Source: Vulcanimicrobiales bacterium
Lineage (GTDB): Bacteria; Vulcanimicrobiota; Vulcanimicrobiia; Vulcanimicrobiales; Vulcanimicrobiaceae
Reading direction: 5' to 3'
Assembly (NCBI GenBank): GCA_038215615.1
Contig: JBBQQR010000008.1
Span: 15,946 to 79,945 of the forward strand
Length of the DNA stretch: 64,000 bases
Below, piece after piece: positions 18,486-30,599 of this stretch. The position numbers and the translations under genes are program-made. Within the stretch, counting starts at the first letter, position 1. Each line of letters begins with the position of its first letter. The notes below the pieces were generated by a model. The model searched no databases and was not told where the DNA came from. It worked only from the letters and a program-made list of their open reading frames with translations.

Positions 18486-20984
18486 TCAGGTCGTCGCGTG
18501 CTCCGGCTCGCGCGGCGGCGGCGGTTCGATGCCCGGAATTTTGCTGAACCGCAGTTTCTCGGGATTGTCGGCATCGACTTCGGCGAGAATGCGATCGCCT
18601 GCGCCAAAACGTCCGCGCAGCATCTCTTCGGCGAGTTCGTCTTCGACTTCGCGTTGGATCGCGCGGCGCAGCGGACGCGCGCCGAATTGCGGATCCCAGC
18701 CTTTGCGCGCGAGCAGCCCCTTCGCTTCCTCCGCGACTTCGAGTTCCATGCCCTGGGCCTTGACTTCGCGCATGACTTTTTCGAGTTCGAGTCCGACGAT
18801 CTCCTCGATCTGCGGACGCGTCAGTTGATGGAAAACGACCGTTTCGTCGAGACGGTTGAGAAACTCAGGCCGGAATGTGTGCTTCACTTCTTCCAGCACT
18901 TTGTTCTTCATGCGCTCGTACGCGCGCAGTTCGTCTTCTTCCGTGTTCTTCTGCGTGCGGAAACCGATATCGGTCGTCGTTTGCATCCCGGTGGCGCCGA
19001 TGTTCGACGTCATCACGATGACCGTGTTTTTGAAATCCACTTGGCGGCCTTGCGAATCCGTTAAGCGGCCGTCGTCGAGCACTTGCAGCAGTAGATTGAA
19101 AACGTCGGGATGCGCTTTTTCAACTTCGTCGAGCAGAACGACCGCGTACGGACGGCGCCGCACTGCCTCAGTCAGTTGACCGCCTTCTTCATAACCGACA
19201 TATCCGGGCGGTGCGCCGACGAGTCGCGAGACCGCGTATTTCTCCATGTACTCGGACATGTCGATGCGGATCATCGATTCCTGATCGTCGAATAAGAACT
19301 CGGCCACGCTGCGGGCGACCTCGGTCTTGCCGACGCCGGTTGGGCCGAGGAACAAGAAGCTGCCGATCGGGCGATTCGGATTTTTTAACCCCGCGCGAGA
19401 GCGCCGGATGGCGCGCGTAATGACCTCGATCGATTCATTTTGGCCGACCACGCGCTTGTGCAGCGACGCCTGCATGTTGAGAAGTTTCTCGGTCTCGGCC
19501 TGCGCCAGGCGGCTGACCGGAATCTTCGTCCATGAAGAGACGATGTGCGCGATATCTTCTTCGGTAACTTTGGAAATCGTATCGCTTTGCGCGCGCTTCT
19601 CTTGCCATTCTTGCTCGAGGCGCGCTTTTTCGAGCCGCAATTTTTCTTCACGGTCGCGCAGCTCGGCGGCCTTGTCGAACTCCTGCGCCTTGACGACGGC
19701 CTCTTTTTCGGCGACCAGTTTGCGCAGCTGCGTCTCGACGTCGCGGATTTCTTGCGGCGGCATACCCGCCTGCAGGCGCACGCGCGAAGCGGCTTCATCA
19801 ATTAAATCGACGGCCTTGTCCGGCAAGAAGCGATCGGTGATATAGCGATCGCCCAAGCGCGCGGCGGCGGCTAAGGCCTCGTCGGTGATCTCCACTTTGT
19901 GGTGCGCTTCGTAGCGATCGCGCAAACCTTTGAGAATCTCCACGGTTTCCTCAACGCTGGGCTCTCCGACCATAACGGGCTGGAATCGGCGTTCGAGGGC
20001 CGAGTCTTTCTCGATGTGTTTGCGAAATTCGTTGAGCGTCGTCGCGCCGATGCATTGCAGCTCGCCGCGCGCGAGTGCGGGCTTGATGATATTGCTCGCA
20101 TCGATCGCGCCTTCCGCGGCGCCCGCGCCAACCAGCGTGTGCAGTTCGTCGATGAACAGGATGATCTCGCCGGCGGCGCCGCGGATCTCGTCCATGACGC
20201 GTTTCATGCGCTCTTCGAATTCGCCGCGATATTTCGTTCCGGCGACCAAGCCGGCGAGATCGAGCGTAATGACGCGCTTGTCGCGCAGCGGTTCAGGGAT
20301 ATCGCCCTTGATCACGCGCTGCGCTAACCCTTCAGCGATCGCGGTCTTGCCGACGCCGGGTTCGCCGATCAGCGCGGGGTTATTTTTCGTGCGGCGAGAC
20401 AGAATCTGGATCACGCGCTCGATTTCGCTGGCCCGTCCTATGACCGGATCGAGTTTGTTGTCGCGCGCCAGCTGCGTGAGATCGCGTCCGTACGCGTCGA
20501 GCGTCGGCGTTTTGCTCTTCCCTTTGGGCGGCGACGGCTGGCCTTCGGCGCCGAGCAGGGAGGTCGTTTGCACGCGAACCTTCGCAGGATCGACGCCGAG
20601 GTTCGTGAGCACGCGCGCGGCGACGCCTTCGCCTTCGCGGATCAATCCTAAAAGGAGATGCTCGGTCCCGATGTAGTTGTGATTAAGCTGCCGCGCTTCT
20701 TCAAACGCCAGTTCGATGACGCGCTTGGCTCGCGGCGTGAAAACCATTTCTTGCTGAACGGTCTGGCCGCCGCGGCCGACGATCGCTTCTACTTCTTGGC
20801 GAACCTTGGCAAGATTGACGCCCAGCGTTTCGAGCACTTTGGCCGCCAGGCTCTCACCCTCGGAGATGATGCCGAGCAAAATGTGCTCGGTGCCGATGTA
20901 ATTGTTACCAAGCCGCTGGGCCTCTTCCTGAGCCAGCACAATGCTGCGCCGCGCGCGCTCGGTGAACGGTTCCCACATCGACAT
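18486..20984 (-). CDS. clpC: ATP-dependent Clp protease ATP-binding subunit ClpC
   Basis: Two Clp_N repeats, [11 protein letters not shown]-like [17 protein letters not shown] loop; AGGAG SD. Confidence 0.97.
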   Translation of the reverse strand: MSMWEPFTERARRSIVLAQEEAQRLGNNYIGTEHILLGIISEGESLAAKVLETLGVNLAKVRQEVEAIVGRGGQTVQQEMVFTPRAKRVIELAFEEARQLNHNYIGTEHLLLGLIREGEGVAARVLTNLGVDPAKVRVQTTSLLGAEGQPSPPKGKSKTPTLDAYGRDLTQLARDNKLDPVIGRASEIERVIQILSRRTKNNPALIGEPGVGKTAIAEGLAQRVIKGDIPEPLRDKRVITLDLAGLVAGTKYRGEFEERMKRVMDEIRGAAGEIILFIDELHTLVGAGAAEGAIDASNIIKPALARGELQCIGATTLNEFRKHIEKDSALERRFQPVMVGEPSVEETVEILKGLRDRYEAHHKVEITDEALAAAARLGDRYITDRFLPDKAVDLIDEAASRVRLQAGMPPQEIRDVETQLRKLVAEKEAVVKAQEFDKAAELRDREEKLRLEKARLEQEWQEKRAQSDTISKVTEEDIAHIVSSWTKIPVSRLAQAETEKLLNMQASLHKRVVGQNESIEVITRAIRRSRAGLKNPNRPIGSFLFLGPTGVGKTEVARSVAEFLFDDQESMIRIDMSEYMEKYAVSRLVGAPPGYVGYEEGGQLTEAVRRRPYAVVLLDEVEKAHPDVFNLLLQVLDDGRLTDSQGRQVDFKNTVIVMTSNIGATGMQTTTDIGFRTQKNTEEDELRAYERMKNKVLEEVKHTFRPEFLNRLDETVVFHQLTRPQIEEIVGLELEKVMREVKAQGMELEVAEEAKGLLARKGWDPQFGARPLRRAIQREVEDELAEEMLRGRFGAGDRILAEVDADNPEKLRFSKIPGIEPPPPREPEHATT

Positions 20985-21076
20985 GTTCTATCTCTCCTAC
21001 TCTCCTATACCCGTCCGGGCTCCTAGAGGTTGAACTATTAACCCCGCCCCGCTGTTACCAGCTGCACTCACTCTGC

Positions 21077-21526
21077 TTAGAAGCTGAAGCGCAGGCCGGC
21101 AAAACCGGCCGTGGCACCAAAGTCGGTAGTCTGCCGGTAGAGCCGGAGTTCGATCGAGGTAAACGGGGCCACCGACTTGCCGGCAAAGACCGTAAAGACG
21201 GCCCCGGTAGCCCGGTTGCGCGAGAGATTGGCGATTCCGCCGCCCGCCCCGATATAGGCGCCGCCGAAGCCGCCGCCGGTAAAACCGCGAATCTCGCCCG
21301 TTAGGGCATAGCCCCCGCCTCCGCCAATCGCGGTCAGGAGCGAGGCCTGCACTTCGAGCGGGACGGCTGGGATCGAAGCGCCGCTGCTCACAATGACGGC
21401 GCCGCCGGTCGAGGAGGGCGCATTCGTCGTAAAGCCGCCGGCCGCCACGGAAACCGAGGCCGAGGCACGCAGCGGCAACGCCCCGAGCACCGCGAGGGTT
21501 GCAGCCAGTAACAGTGTAGGACGCAT
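21077..21526 (-). CDS. Small outer-membrane beta-barrel-like protein
   Basis: Signal peptide from ATG 21526, Gly-rich amphipathic strands, C-terminal GLRFSF. Confidence 0.6.
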   Translation of the reverse strand: MRPTLLLAATLAVLGALPLRASASVSVAAGGFTTNAPSSTGGAVIVSSGASIPAVPLEVQASLLTAIGGGGGYALTGEIRGFTGGGFGGAYIGAGGGIANLSRNRATGAVFTVFAGKSVAPFTSIELRLYRQTTDFGATAGFAGLRFSF

Positions 21527-21586
21527 GGGCGGAGTTTTTGCCACTCGAAGGCGAGGGCCTCGCAGGAGGCAAGAAAGGGTCACACG

Positions 21587-21898
21587 ATGCCAACGGTCGA
21601 TCAGGTTCGCGAAGCACTAGCGGAAGTCAAAGATCCCGAGCTGCAGCTCGGCATTTTGGAGCTGGGACTCGTCTACGATGTTGCCGTCGCGGGCGATGGT
21701 GGCGAGCATGTCGTCGTGACGATGACACTCACTTCGCCGATGTGCCCGGTCGGCCCGATGTTCAAGCAATCCGTGGAAGATCGCGTCAAAGCGGTTGACG
21801 GAGTCAAAGACGTCGTCGTTGACATCACATTCACGCCGCCATGGGATCCCAAAGAAATGGCTAGCGACGACGTGAAGGCGCTGCTCGGAATTTGGTAG
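21587..21898 (+). CDS. DUF59/SufT-like metal-sulfur cluster assembly factor
   Basis: DPEL..I.ELGLVY, TLTSPMCP and PPW motifs. Confidence 0.92.
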   Translation: MPTVDQVREALAEVKDPELQLGILELGLVYDVAVAGDGGEHVVVTMTLTSPMCPVGPMFKQSVEDRVKAVDGVKDVVVDITFTPPWDPKEMASDDVKALLGIW

Positions 21899-22127
21899 CC
21901 GCGTAGGCGAATCCCACCAACAATTGCGGGATCGCGTAAACCCATCCAGCGGCCGGCGACCCATGCCAAAACAAGACCAGGAAAATAGCATACCAAACCG
22001 CGGCGATCGCATAGAGCGCGCGACGCGTTCCATCCGATTGCGTAACGCTAAAGCCGGTCTCGATTGCGGCAACCATCGGCGCCGCCAGCACGACGCTGAT
22101 GACAACCACGAAGAGCGTGTGCCCCAT
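21861..22127 (-). CDS. Small membrane protein
   Basis: ATG 22127 overlaps the upstream TAA; about three hydrophobic segments. Confidence 0.6.
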   Translation of the reverse strand: MGHTLFVVVISVVLAAPMVAAIETGFSVTQSDGTRRALYAIAAVWYAIFLVLFWHGSPAAGWVYAIPQLLVGFAYAATKFRAAPSRRR

Positions 22128-22486
22128 TACATGCGCGGGAAGATTTCGGCCGCGTCGATATCGTCGTGGAGCAGCAGTTTGCCGACCCGCTGTCTTACCG
22201 AGAAAAATCCGCGCACCGAGATGCGCTCGCCTTCGTACATCGACGTGTGCTCGCGCATGAAAACCTGTACGCATCGACCGTTACATAAATAAAACGTTTC
22301 GGCGAGCGTTCCAAACGACGCGCCGCGGAGCTGCCGTACGCGCGCTACGCTGCCGGTAACGATGACCGGACGGCCGGAATAATAGGGCGGGTCGGCGATC
22401 AGCGCGCTTGGTGTGGCCGCGTATTCGACAAATGGAGCACAGCCGCCGAAAAGCGGGAACAGCAGGCACGTCAGCGCGTGAATCAT
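22127..22486 (-). CDS. Hypothetical lipoprotein, possibly OB-fold
   Basis: Lipobox-like FGGC; YSGRPVIVTGSV and GERISVRG strands; coupled to GGDEF gene. Confidence 0.55.
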   Translation of the reverse strand: MIHALTCLLFPLFGGCAPFVEYAATPSALIADPPYYSGRPVIVTGSVARVRQLRGASFGTLAETFYLCNGRCVQVFMREHTSMYEGERISVRGFFSVRQRVGKLLLHDDIDAAEIFPRM

Positions 22487-23670
22487 CGCGGAAACTTCGC
22501 GGCGCTGCCGAGCAGGCGTTTTTGCGCGTAGAGCTGCGCGTCGGCTTGACGCAGCGATCCATCCACGTCGAGCGGATTAAACGGGGCAATTCCCCACGAC
22601 ACCGAGAGCTGAACGGGTTCGTGCGCTTCGATAATGTCAAGCGACTTTGGCGGCTCCATACGCGTGACGCGGTCGCGCGTTTGCTCCGCGGTCAACCCGA
22701 AGAGGAGTAAAACGAATTCGTCGCCACCCCAACGGAACACGTAATCTTGCGCGCCGACGACCTCGCGCAAGCGTTGCGCGACGCTCAAAAGCGCGCGATC
22801 CCCGTTATGGTGGCCGTAGGTATCGTTAATGCGCTTGAGATTATTCAAGTCGAGAATAACGACGTTGCCCCGATCGCCGCGGGTGCGCAAGCCGTCGGTC
22901 AGTGTGTAAAATGCATAGCGGTTGTGCAATCCGGTAAGCGCGTCGACCTTCGCGGCAACTTCTAGACTGCTAAGCGCGCGATTCAGGGCCGCGTTTCCGT
23001 CTTCAACTTCTATGCGCAACTCGTCGAGCAGCGTGATCAGCTGCCCCATTGCGAGCATCGTCGCCAAGATGCCGCCGCCGACCACTTCGGCCGACCAATA
23101 AAGCGCGTTCAGTTCGGCGTGCTGAAAACCCAAGACGGCCGACGCGAAGAGCGTGCGTCCCATCATGAGCGCGAGCAGCAGGGCGGAGATGAATATCGGG
23201 CGCACGCCGCTGAGGCGCCGCTCACCAAGAAACGGATAAATCGCAATGCAGACGCAGATCATCGAGACGAAGAGCGCCACTTCTGGACCGATCAAGTCGG
23301 CGGTGAGATCAGTGCGCGAGGTTACCAGGAGTGCAGCAATTGCGCCGAAGACCACCATGCTATTGGCCCACAGCGATACACCTTTGGCCTTCGCGAACTC
23401 GTAACAGCCGGCGACCGCGCCGTAACCCGCCGCAATACACAGCAGGGTGCCAACGTATGCCATCGCGCTCTCGACGCCCGCATTGTGTTGGCCGATGGCT
23501 TCGGCAGCAAGAGCAAACGCAAAAAGCGTCCATCCCCGGAACCACCAGCGGCCGCGCTCGTCCTTGGTGGCGCCCATGAGCAGCAGGAAGAACCCGGCGA
23601 TGATTGCCATCGCCACGCTCTCGATAGTGAGGATCAGCTGCAGGAGGCTTTGCGCGCCGAGTTCGATCAT
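22483..23670 (-). CDS. Membrane-bound diguanylate cyclase (GGDEF)
   Basis: Multi-TM N-terminus; DALTGLHNR, KRINDTYGH and RWGGDEF motifs. Confidence 0.92.
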   Translation of the reverse strand: MIELGAQSLLQLILTIESVAMAIIAGFFLLLMGATKDERGRWWFRGWTLFAFALAAEAIGQHNAGVESAMAYVGTLLCIAAGYGAVAGCYEFAKAKGVSLWANSMVVFGAIAALLVTSRTDLTADLIGPEVALFVSMICVCIAIYPFLGERRLSGVRPIFISALLLALMMGRTLFASAVLGFQHAELNALYWSAEVVGGGILATMLAMGQLITLLDELRIEVEDGNAALNRALSSLEVAAKVDALTGLHNRYAFYTLTDGLRTRGDRGNVVILDLNNLKRINDTYGHHNGDRALLSVAQRLREVVGAQDYVFRWGGDEFVLLLFGLTAEQTRDRVTRMEPPKSLDIIEAHEPVQLSVSWGIAPFNPLDVDGSLRQADAQLYAQKRLLGSAAKFPR

Positions 23671-23724
23671 CTCGGGAAAGCCGCCTTATAGGAGAAAACG
23701 CCCATCCGTTCAAGCCCAGAATCG

Positions 23725-25278
23725 GTGAGGAGCAACCAAGCAAAGTACGCCGAGCTGAAGCGCAAACGCGAGCTCTCGCAAGCGCCTGCCGGCGCGCAGG
23801 CAATAGAAGCCCAGCACCGTCGCGGCAAGCGAACGGCGCGGGAGCGTGTCGACGCTCTCGTTGACGAGAAGTCGTTCATCGAACTGGATCGTTTCGCAGT
23901 GCACCGCACAATCGCGTTTGGGCTGGGCGAACGGGAATTCTTAGGCGATGGTGTCATAACGGGCCGCGCCACCATAGACGGCCGCCAAGTCTTCCTCTTC
24001 TCGCAGGATTTTACCGTTCTCGGCGGTTCCCTGGGTGAAGTTTTCGCAGAGAAGATTTGTAAGGTCATGGACCTGGCTCTGCGCACGGGCTCACCAATCG
24101 TAGGTATCAACGATTCCGGCGGCGCGCGCATCCAAGAAGGCGTCGTCAGTTTGGGCGGCTATGCCGAGATATTCTGGCGCAACGTCCAGGCAAGCGGCGT
24201 GATTCCGCAGATCAGCCTGGTCGCCGGACCATGCGCGGGCGGCGCGGTCTATTCACCGGCGATTACGGATTTCATCATCATGACCGAAGGCATCGGTCAG
24301 ATGTTCATCACCGGTCCGGAGATCATCAAGACCGTAACCGGCGAAGAGGTGACGTTCGAAGAACTCGGGGGCGCGACGACGCATGCTACCAAGAGCGGCG
24401 TCGCGCATCTGGTCGCCTCGGACGAAGACGACATGAGCGAATTGGCCAAGACGCTTCTTTCGTACTTGCCGCAAAATAACATGGACGATCCGCCGCGCTT
24501 TGCGTGCGACGACGACCCCGAGCGCTTGGTCAGCGAACTCGACGGTGTCATTCCCGAATCGCCCAACAAGCCGTACGACATGCACGCGGTCATCGGCCCG
24601 GTGCTCGACGACGGCGACTTTTTCGAAATCCAGCCGCTCTATGCGCCCAATATCATTACGGGTTTTGGCCGCGTGAACGGACAGAGTGTCGGCGTCGTCG
24701 CCAACCAGCCCAACGTGCTGGCAGGCGTGCTCGATATCAAGAGCTCCGTTAAGGCGGCGCGCTTCGTGCGTTTTTGCGATGCCTTCAATATTCCGCTCGT
24801 GACGTTCGTCGACGTCCCTGGTTTTTTGCCGGGCACCGCTCAGGAGTACGGCGGCATCATCACACATGGCGCGAAACTGCTGTACGCATTTGCCGAAGCG
24901 ACCGTTCCGAAGATCACCATCATCACCCGCAAAGCGTACGGCGGGGCGTACGATGTTATGGCGAGCAAACATATTCGCGCGGACGTCAACGTTGCGTGGC
25001 CGACGGCTGAAATTGCCGTTATGGGAGCGGAAAGCGCCGTCAAAACGATTTTCAAGCGCGAACTTGCGGCGGCTAAAGATAAGGACGCCAAAATGCAAGA
25101 GCTCGTGGAAGATTACCGGGAGCGTTTCGACAACCCGTTCATCGCAGCCGAGCGCGGCTACGTCGACGACGTCGTGGAGGCGCACATGACACGCCGCGTC
25201 ATAGCAAAGTCGCTGGAGATGCTCGCAAATAAGCGAGTCGAACGCCCCAAGCGCAAACACGGCAACATTCCACTGTAG
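23725..25278 (+). CDS. pccB: Acyl-CoA (propionyl-CoA) carboxylase carboxyltransferase beta subunit
   Basis: [36 protein letters not shown] and KHGNIPL motifs. Confidence 0.95.
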   Translation: MRSNQAKYAELKRKRELSQAPAGAQAIEAQHRRGKRTARERVDALVDEKSFIELDRFAVHRTIAFGLGEREFLGDGVITGRATIDGRQVFLFSQDFTVLGGSLGEVFAEKICKVMDLALRTGSPIVGINDSGGARIQEGVVSLGGYAEIFWRNVQASGVIPQISLVAGPCAGGAVYSPAITDFIIMTEGIGQMFITGPEIIKTVTGEEVTFEELGGATTHATKSGVAHLVASDEDDMSELAKTLLSYLPQNNMDDPPRFACDDDPERLVSELDGVIPESPNKPYDMHAVIGPVLDDGDFFEIQPLYAPNIITGFGRVNGQSVGVVANQPNVLAGVLDIKSSVKAARFVRFCDAFNIPLVTFVDVPGFLPGTAQEYGGIITHGAKLLYAFAEATVPKITIITRKAYGGAYDVMASKHIRADVNVAWPTAEIAVMGAESAVKTIFKRELAAAKDKDAKMQELVEDYRERFDNPFIAAERGYVDDVVEAHMTRRVIAKSLEMLANKRVERPKRKHGNIPL

Positions 25279-25292
25279 GCGAGGGAGAGAGA

Positions 25293-26072
25293 TTGACCTT
25301 ATTAAAAGGAAAGCGCGCGCTCGTCACGGGCGTAGCCAACCGCTGGTCCATCGCGACCGGCATCGCACGGCAGATGCACGAGCACGGCGCCGAGCTGGCC
25401 TTCACCTACCAAGGCGAACGCGTCAAAGATGAGGTGGCCAAACTTGCGGCCGAACTGGGCGGCGGTCCGGTCATCGAGTGCGACGTCTCTTCCGATGAAT
25501 CGCTGGCACGCTTGCGGCCGGCGCTGGCACCGTTCGGCAAACTCGATGCGGTCGTGCATTCGATAGCGTTTGCCAACAAAGAGGTCTTAACCGGAAAAGT
25601 CCACGCGACATCACGCGCCGACTTCAATCTCTCGCTCGATGTCTCGGCATATTCGCTGATCGCGCTCGTGCAAGCTCTGCAGGAAGAACTGGCGGACGGC
25701 GCCTCAATTATGGCGCTGACGTACCTTGGTGCGACGGCCATCGTCCCCAACTATAATCTGATGGGTATCGCGAAAGCTGCGCTAGAATCGGCCGTGCGTT
25801 ATCTGGCGTTCGATTTGGGCGATCGCGGAATTCGCGTGAACGCGATCTCGGCGGGCCCGATCAAGACCGCAAGCGCCCGGCAAGTCGCGGGGCTGTCGAA
25901 AATGCTGGAAGTCGTTGCAGCGACTGCGCCCTTGCGGCGCAACATGACCATCGACGATGTCGGTAAAATGGCGGTTTTCCTGGCCTCCGATCTGTCCGCT
26001 GCCGTCACAGGCGACGTGCATTTCGTCGACGGTGGATTCCACGCCATGGGAATGTACCCGCCACCGCAATGA
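25293..26072 (+). CDS. fabI: Enoyl-ACP reductase (NADH)
   Basis: GVANRWSIA, HSIAFA, YNLMGIAKAALE and RVNAISAGPIKT motifs. Confidence 0.95.
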   Translation: MTLLKGKRALVTGVANRWSIATGIARQMHEHGAELAFTYQGERVKDEVAKLAAELGGGPVIECDVSSDESLARLRPALAPFGKLDAVVHSIAFANKEVLTGKVHATSRADFNLSLDVSAYSLIALVQALQEELADGASIMALTYLGATAIVPNYNLMGIAKAALESAVRYLAFDLGDRGIRVNAISAGPIKTASARQVAGLSKMLEVVAATAPLRRNMTIDDVGKMAVFLASDLSAAVTGDVHFVDGGFHAMGMYPPPQ

Positions 26073-26275
26073 GCGACGAGGAAGACATCCTCGCGATCGT
26101 CACCGCGCTGGAGTTCTTGGAAGCGCGTCATTCGACAGGCTCAGGTCAGACCGCACCGGATTCGCAGTCGCGGTGGAAGACGTCGGGGCGCATCACTTGG
26201 TGTCATGGTGAGCCTGTCGAACCATGGCCGAGCTTGTCGAGGCCCGAGCGTAAGCGTACGTGGAAAAACTCTTAG
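26069..26275 (+). CDS. Putative acyl-CoA carboxylase epsilon subunit with repeat-derived segments
   Basis: EEDILAIVTAL..SRWKTSGR pattern resembles AccE/PccE; overlaps fabI stop and carboxylase start. Confidence 0.6.
   Translation: MSDEEDILAIVTALEFLEARHSTGSGQTAPDSQSRWKTSGRITWCHGEPVEPWPSLSRPERKRTWKNS
26131..26244. repeat. Cluster of three REP-like units
   Basis: TTCGACAGGCTCA (26131-26143) is a perfect inverse of TGAGCCTGTCGAA (26209-26221); units ATGGT-GAGC-CT-GTCGA-ACCAT and GGCC-GAGC-TT-GTCGA-GGCC in tandem. Confidence 0.85.
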
Positions 26276-27999
26276 TCGCTAATCGCGGGGAGATTGCGGT
26301 GCGCATCATGCGCACGGCCCGCGAAATGGGATTGAACACCGTCGCCGTGTATTCCGAGATCGATCGTGATGCGATGCACGTGCGTTTCGCGGACGAAGCG
26401 TATCTGCTCGGGCCGGCCAGTCCATCGCAAAGTTATCTCAACGTCGAGCGCATCTTAGAGACCGCTCACCGGGCGCAGGCCCGCTACATCCACCCCGGAT
26501 ATGGCTTTCTCGCCGAAAACGCCGCCTTCGCGCGCGCGGTTTCGCAAGTGGGGTTTATCTGGGTCGGTCCGCACGCCGACGCCATCGATGCAATGGGCGA
26601 CAAGATGCGCGCGCGGCGGGCGATGATCGCGGCCGGCGTTCCGGTCGTACCGGGTGGAACCGAAGAAATACTGGACGTTGAAGCCGCGGAATCCGCGGCA
26701 AAAACATATGGATTACCGTTAGCGCTTAAAGCCTCGGGCGGGGGCGGCGGCAAAGGCCTGAAGGTCGCGCATTCGATCGAGGAGATCGGCGCCGCGTTCT
26801 CCACTGCAAAACGCGAAGCCGAAGCGTATTTTAAGAACGGCGCCATCTATGCCGAGCGGTACCTCGAGAACCCCAAGCACATCGAGCTGCAAATTTTGGC
26901 CGACAAACACGGTACGGTTCTGCACGTCGGCGAGCGCGATTGTTCGCTGCAGCGGCGCCACCAGAAATTGTGGGAAGAAACGCCGCCGGCAGTTTCATCC
27001 CGCGTGCGCGAAGGCATTCGTGAAGCGGGCATTCGCGCGGCCAAAGCGATCGGTTATGACAGTGCGGGCACGATCGAATGGCTTGTGAGCGGGGAAGAGT
27101 TCTTTTTTCTCGAGATGAACACGCGCATTCAGGTCGAGCACACGGTCACCGAAATGGTGAGCGGCCTCGATTTGGTGCGGGAACAGATCCGCTCTGCGGC
27201 GGGCGAGCCGCTCGGTTACGATCAAGGCGCGATCGCATTCCGCGGGCACTCCATCGAAGGTCGCATCAACGCCGAAGATCCGGCCAACGATTTCCGGCCG
27301 GCGCCGGGGACCGTCACCACCTACCGCGAGCCCGGAGGTCTGGGCGTACGCATCGATTCGGCCGCTTTCCCCGGCTTCACGATCGGCTCCGACTACGATT
27401 CGATGATCGCCAAACTCGTCGTCTGGGCGCCCGATAGAACGCAGGCGCTCGGGCGTTTTCGCCGCGCCCTCGACGAGTACGTCATCGAAGGCGTGCCGAC
27501 GACCGTTCATCTTCTGCGGCAGCTGTGCGATCATGCACCGGTCGTGGACGCGACGTACACAACATCGACGCTCGAAACGTTCGCCGCCTCCGGTGTCATG
27601 GTGAGCTTGTCGAACCACCCTGAGCGGCGTGCCGTAGGCACGCCTGTCGAAGGGCATTCCGAACAAATCCCCGTCGAAGTTAACGGCAAGCTCTACCACG
27701 TGCGCGTTTTCGATCGACCCTCGAAGGGTGCGATCCGCAAACCTCGGCGCGGAGCTCGTAACGAACGCGCGGCTGCGGCGAGCGGAAACGACGTCGTTTC
27801 GCCGATGCACGGCGCTGTTGTTGAGATGCCGGTGAGCGAAGGAGCTACGGTCACGGAGGGGCAGGTCGTCGCCGTGGTCGAGGCGATGAAAATGATGAAC
27901 GAGATCCGGGCCCACAAATCCGGCACGGTTTCGAAAATACACGCGCAGCCCGGCGAGACAGTCGAGTCCAACGGAACGCTCGTAACAATCGCGGACTAA
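26260..27999 (+). CDS. pccA: Acyl-CoA carboxylase alpha subunit (biotin carboxylase fused to BCCP)
   Basis: ANRGEIA, HPGYGFLAEN, ERDCSLQRRHQK, EMNTRIQVEH and biotinylation motif EAMKM. Confidence 0.93.
   Translation: MEKLLVANRGEIAVRIMRTAREMGLNTVAVYSEIDRDAMHVRFADEAYLLGPASPSQSYLNVERILETAHRAQARYIHPGYGFLAENAAFARAVSQVGFIWVGPHADAIDAMGDKMRARRAMIAAGVPVVPGGTEEILDVEAAESAAKTYGLPLALKASGGGGGKGLKVAHSIEEIGAAFSTAKREAEAYFKNGAIYAERYLENPKHIELQILADKHGTVLHVGERDCSLQRRHQKLWEETPPAVSSRVREGIREAGIRAAKAIGYDSAGTIEWLVSGEEFFFLEMNTRIQVEHTVTEMVSGLDLVREQIRSAAGEPLGYDQGAIAFRGHSIEGRINAEDPANDFRPAPGTVTTYREPGGLGVRIDSAAFPGFTIGSDYDSMIAKLVVWAPDRTQALGRFRRALDEYVIEGVPTTVHLLRQLCDHAPVVDATYTTSTLETFAASGVMVSLSNHPERRAVGTPVEGHSEQIPVEVNGKLYHVRVFDRPSKGAIRKPRRGARNERAAAASGNDVVSPMHGAVVEMPVSEGATVTEGQVVAVVEAMKMMNEIRAHKSGTVSKIHAQPGETVESNGTLVTIAD
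27592..27657 (+). repeat. Composite palindromic (REP-like) element lying in frame after the biotin carboxylase domain
   Basis: GGTGTCATGGTGAGCTTGTCGAACCAC-CCTGAGCGGCGTGCCGTAGGCACGCCTGTCGAAGGGCAT; homologous to the hutI copy. Confidence 0.85.
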
Positions 28000-28026
28000 C
28001 CGCGGCGGGCAGAGAATACCGCCAGC

Positions 28027-29603
<1,577 letters not shown>

Positions 29604-29604
<1 letters not shown>

Positions 29605-30011
29605 TGGAAATAGATCATGTCGCGATTGTCGTCAAGGATCTGAACGCGACGCTCGCACTCTATACGGGAACGCTGGGTTTCAAGGAAGTGTATCGCGAGA
29701 CGCTCGCCGAGCAAGGGATAGAAGCTGTGGGGCTAGATGCCGGCGGCTGCATCCTCGAACTGCTCCGTCCGCTCAAGGAGGATTCGCCGGTCGCGCGTTA
29801 CCGCGGCGAAGCCGAAACGAGGCTGCATCACACGGCGTATCGGGTTGCCGATTTACAGGCCGAACTGGACCGGCTGAAAGCGGGCGGCGTTCGGCTCATC
29901 AATGATACGCCGCGGCGCGGCGCGCACGGCAACCTCATTGCGTTCTTGCATCCGGCGAGCGCTCAGGGCGTATTGATCGAGCTCTGCCAGCCTAGTAAGG
30001 AACGCCCTTAG
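29604..30011 (+). CDS. mce: Methylmalonyl-CoA epimerase
   Basis: IDHVAIVV, LHH.AY.V, AFLHP and GVLIELCQ motifs; coupled to mutase. Confidence 0.92.
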
Positions 30012-30570
30012 CTCGCTGCGCGCGCAGCGCTTCCATAAACCAAACGAACTCCTTGAAAAACTCCACGTTGCGCGCGCGGAATTTCGGATCGGTGGGTTCG
30101 CCCTGGTCATCGAACGCGCTCCCGACGCGCGCGATCGGCAAGGCCGACGGAATCGCGGGCATTCCCAGCTCGGCGACGATTTCGCGCAGTTGAATTGCCG
30201 CGCGCGCGCCGCTGAAATATCCGCCGGAGTACGAGATGATAGCCGAAGGCCGCCAAAAATACTCTTCCAGGAAGTAGTCGAGCAAGTTCTTCAGCCCCGG
30301 CTGCACGCCGTGATTGTATTCGCCCGTGACGATTGCAAAGCCGTCGGCGGAGCGATAGAGCTCCGCGAGTTCCCGGAGTTTGCGCGGCGCAGTACCGGAC
30401 TCAAATTCCTTAAACATTTTGTCGAGCATCGGCAGATCGTACTCTTTGGCATCGATCAGAACGGGCTCGCAACCGTAGTTCTTGAGTTCGTTGGCCACAA
30501 AACGTGCGGCTTTAATGCCTTGACGTTCCGTTCGCACGGATCCGAACAGCACGGGAACTTTCAGCGCCAC
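29992..30570 (-). CDS. NADPH-dependent FMN reductase
   Basis: GSVR, EYNHG..LKNLLD and SYSGG..GARA motifs. Confidence 0.9.
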   Translation of the reverse strand: MALKVPVLFGSVRTERQGIKAARFVANELKNYGCEPVLIDAKEYDLPMLDKMFKEFESGTAPRKLRELAELYRSADGFAIVTGEYNHGVQPGLKNLLDYFLEEYFWRPSAIISYSGGYFSGARAAIQLREIVAELGMPAIPSALPIARVGSAFDDQGEPTDPKFRARNVEFFKEFVWFMEALRAQRAKGVPY

Positions 30571-30599
30571 CGCTCAGGTATCCGACAGTTGGCCGAAGA

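Noticed and set aside
20985..21076. Possible CIRCE, CtsR or HspR heat-shock operator before clpC
   Set aside because: Only a partial GAGTGC match; no complete inverted or direct repeat.
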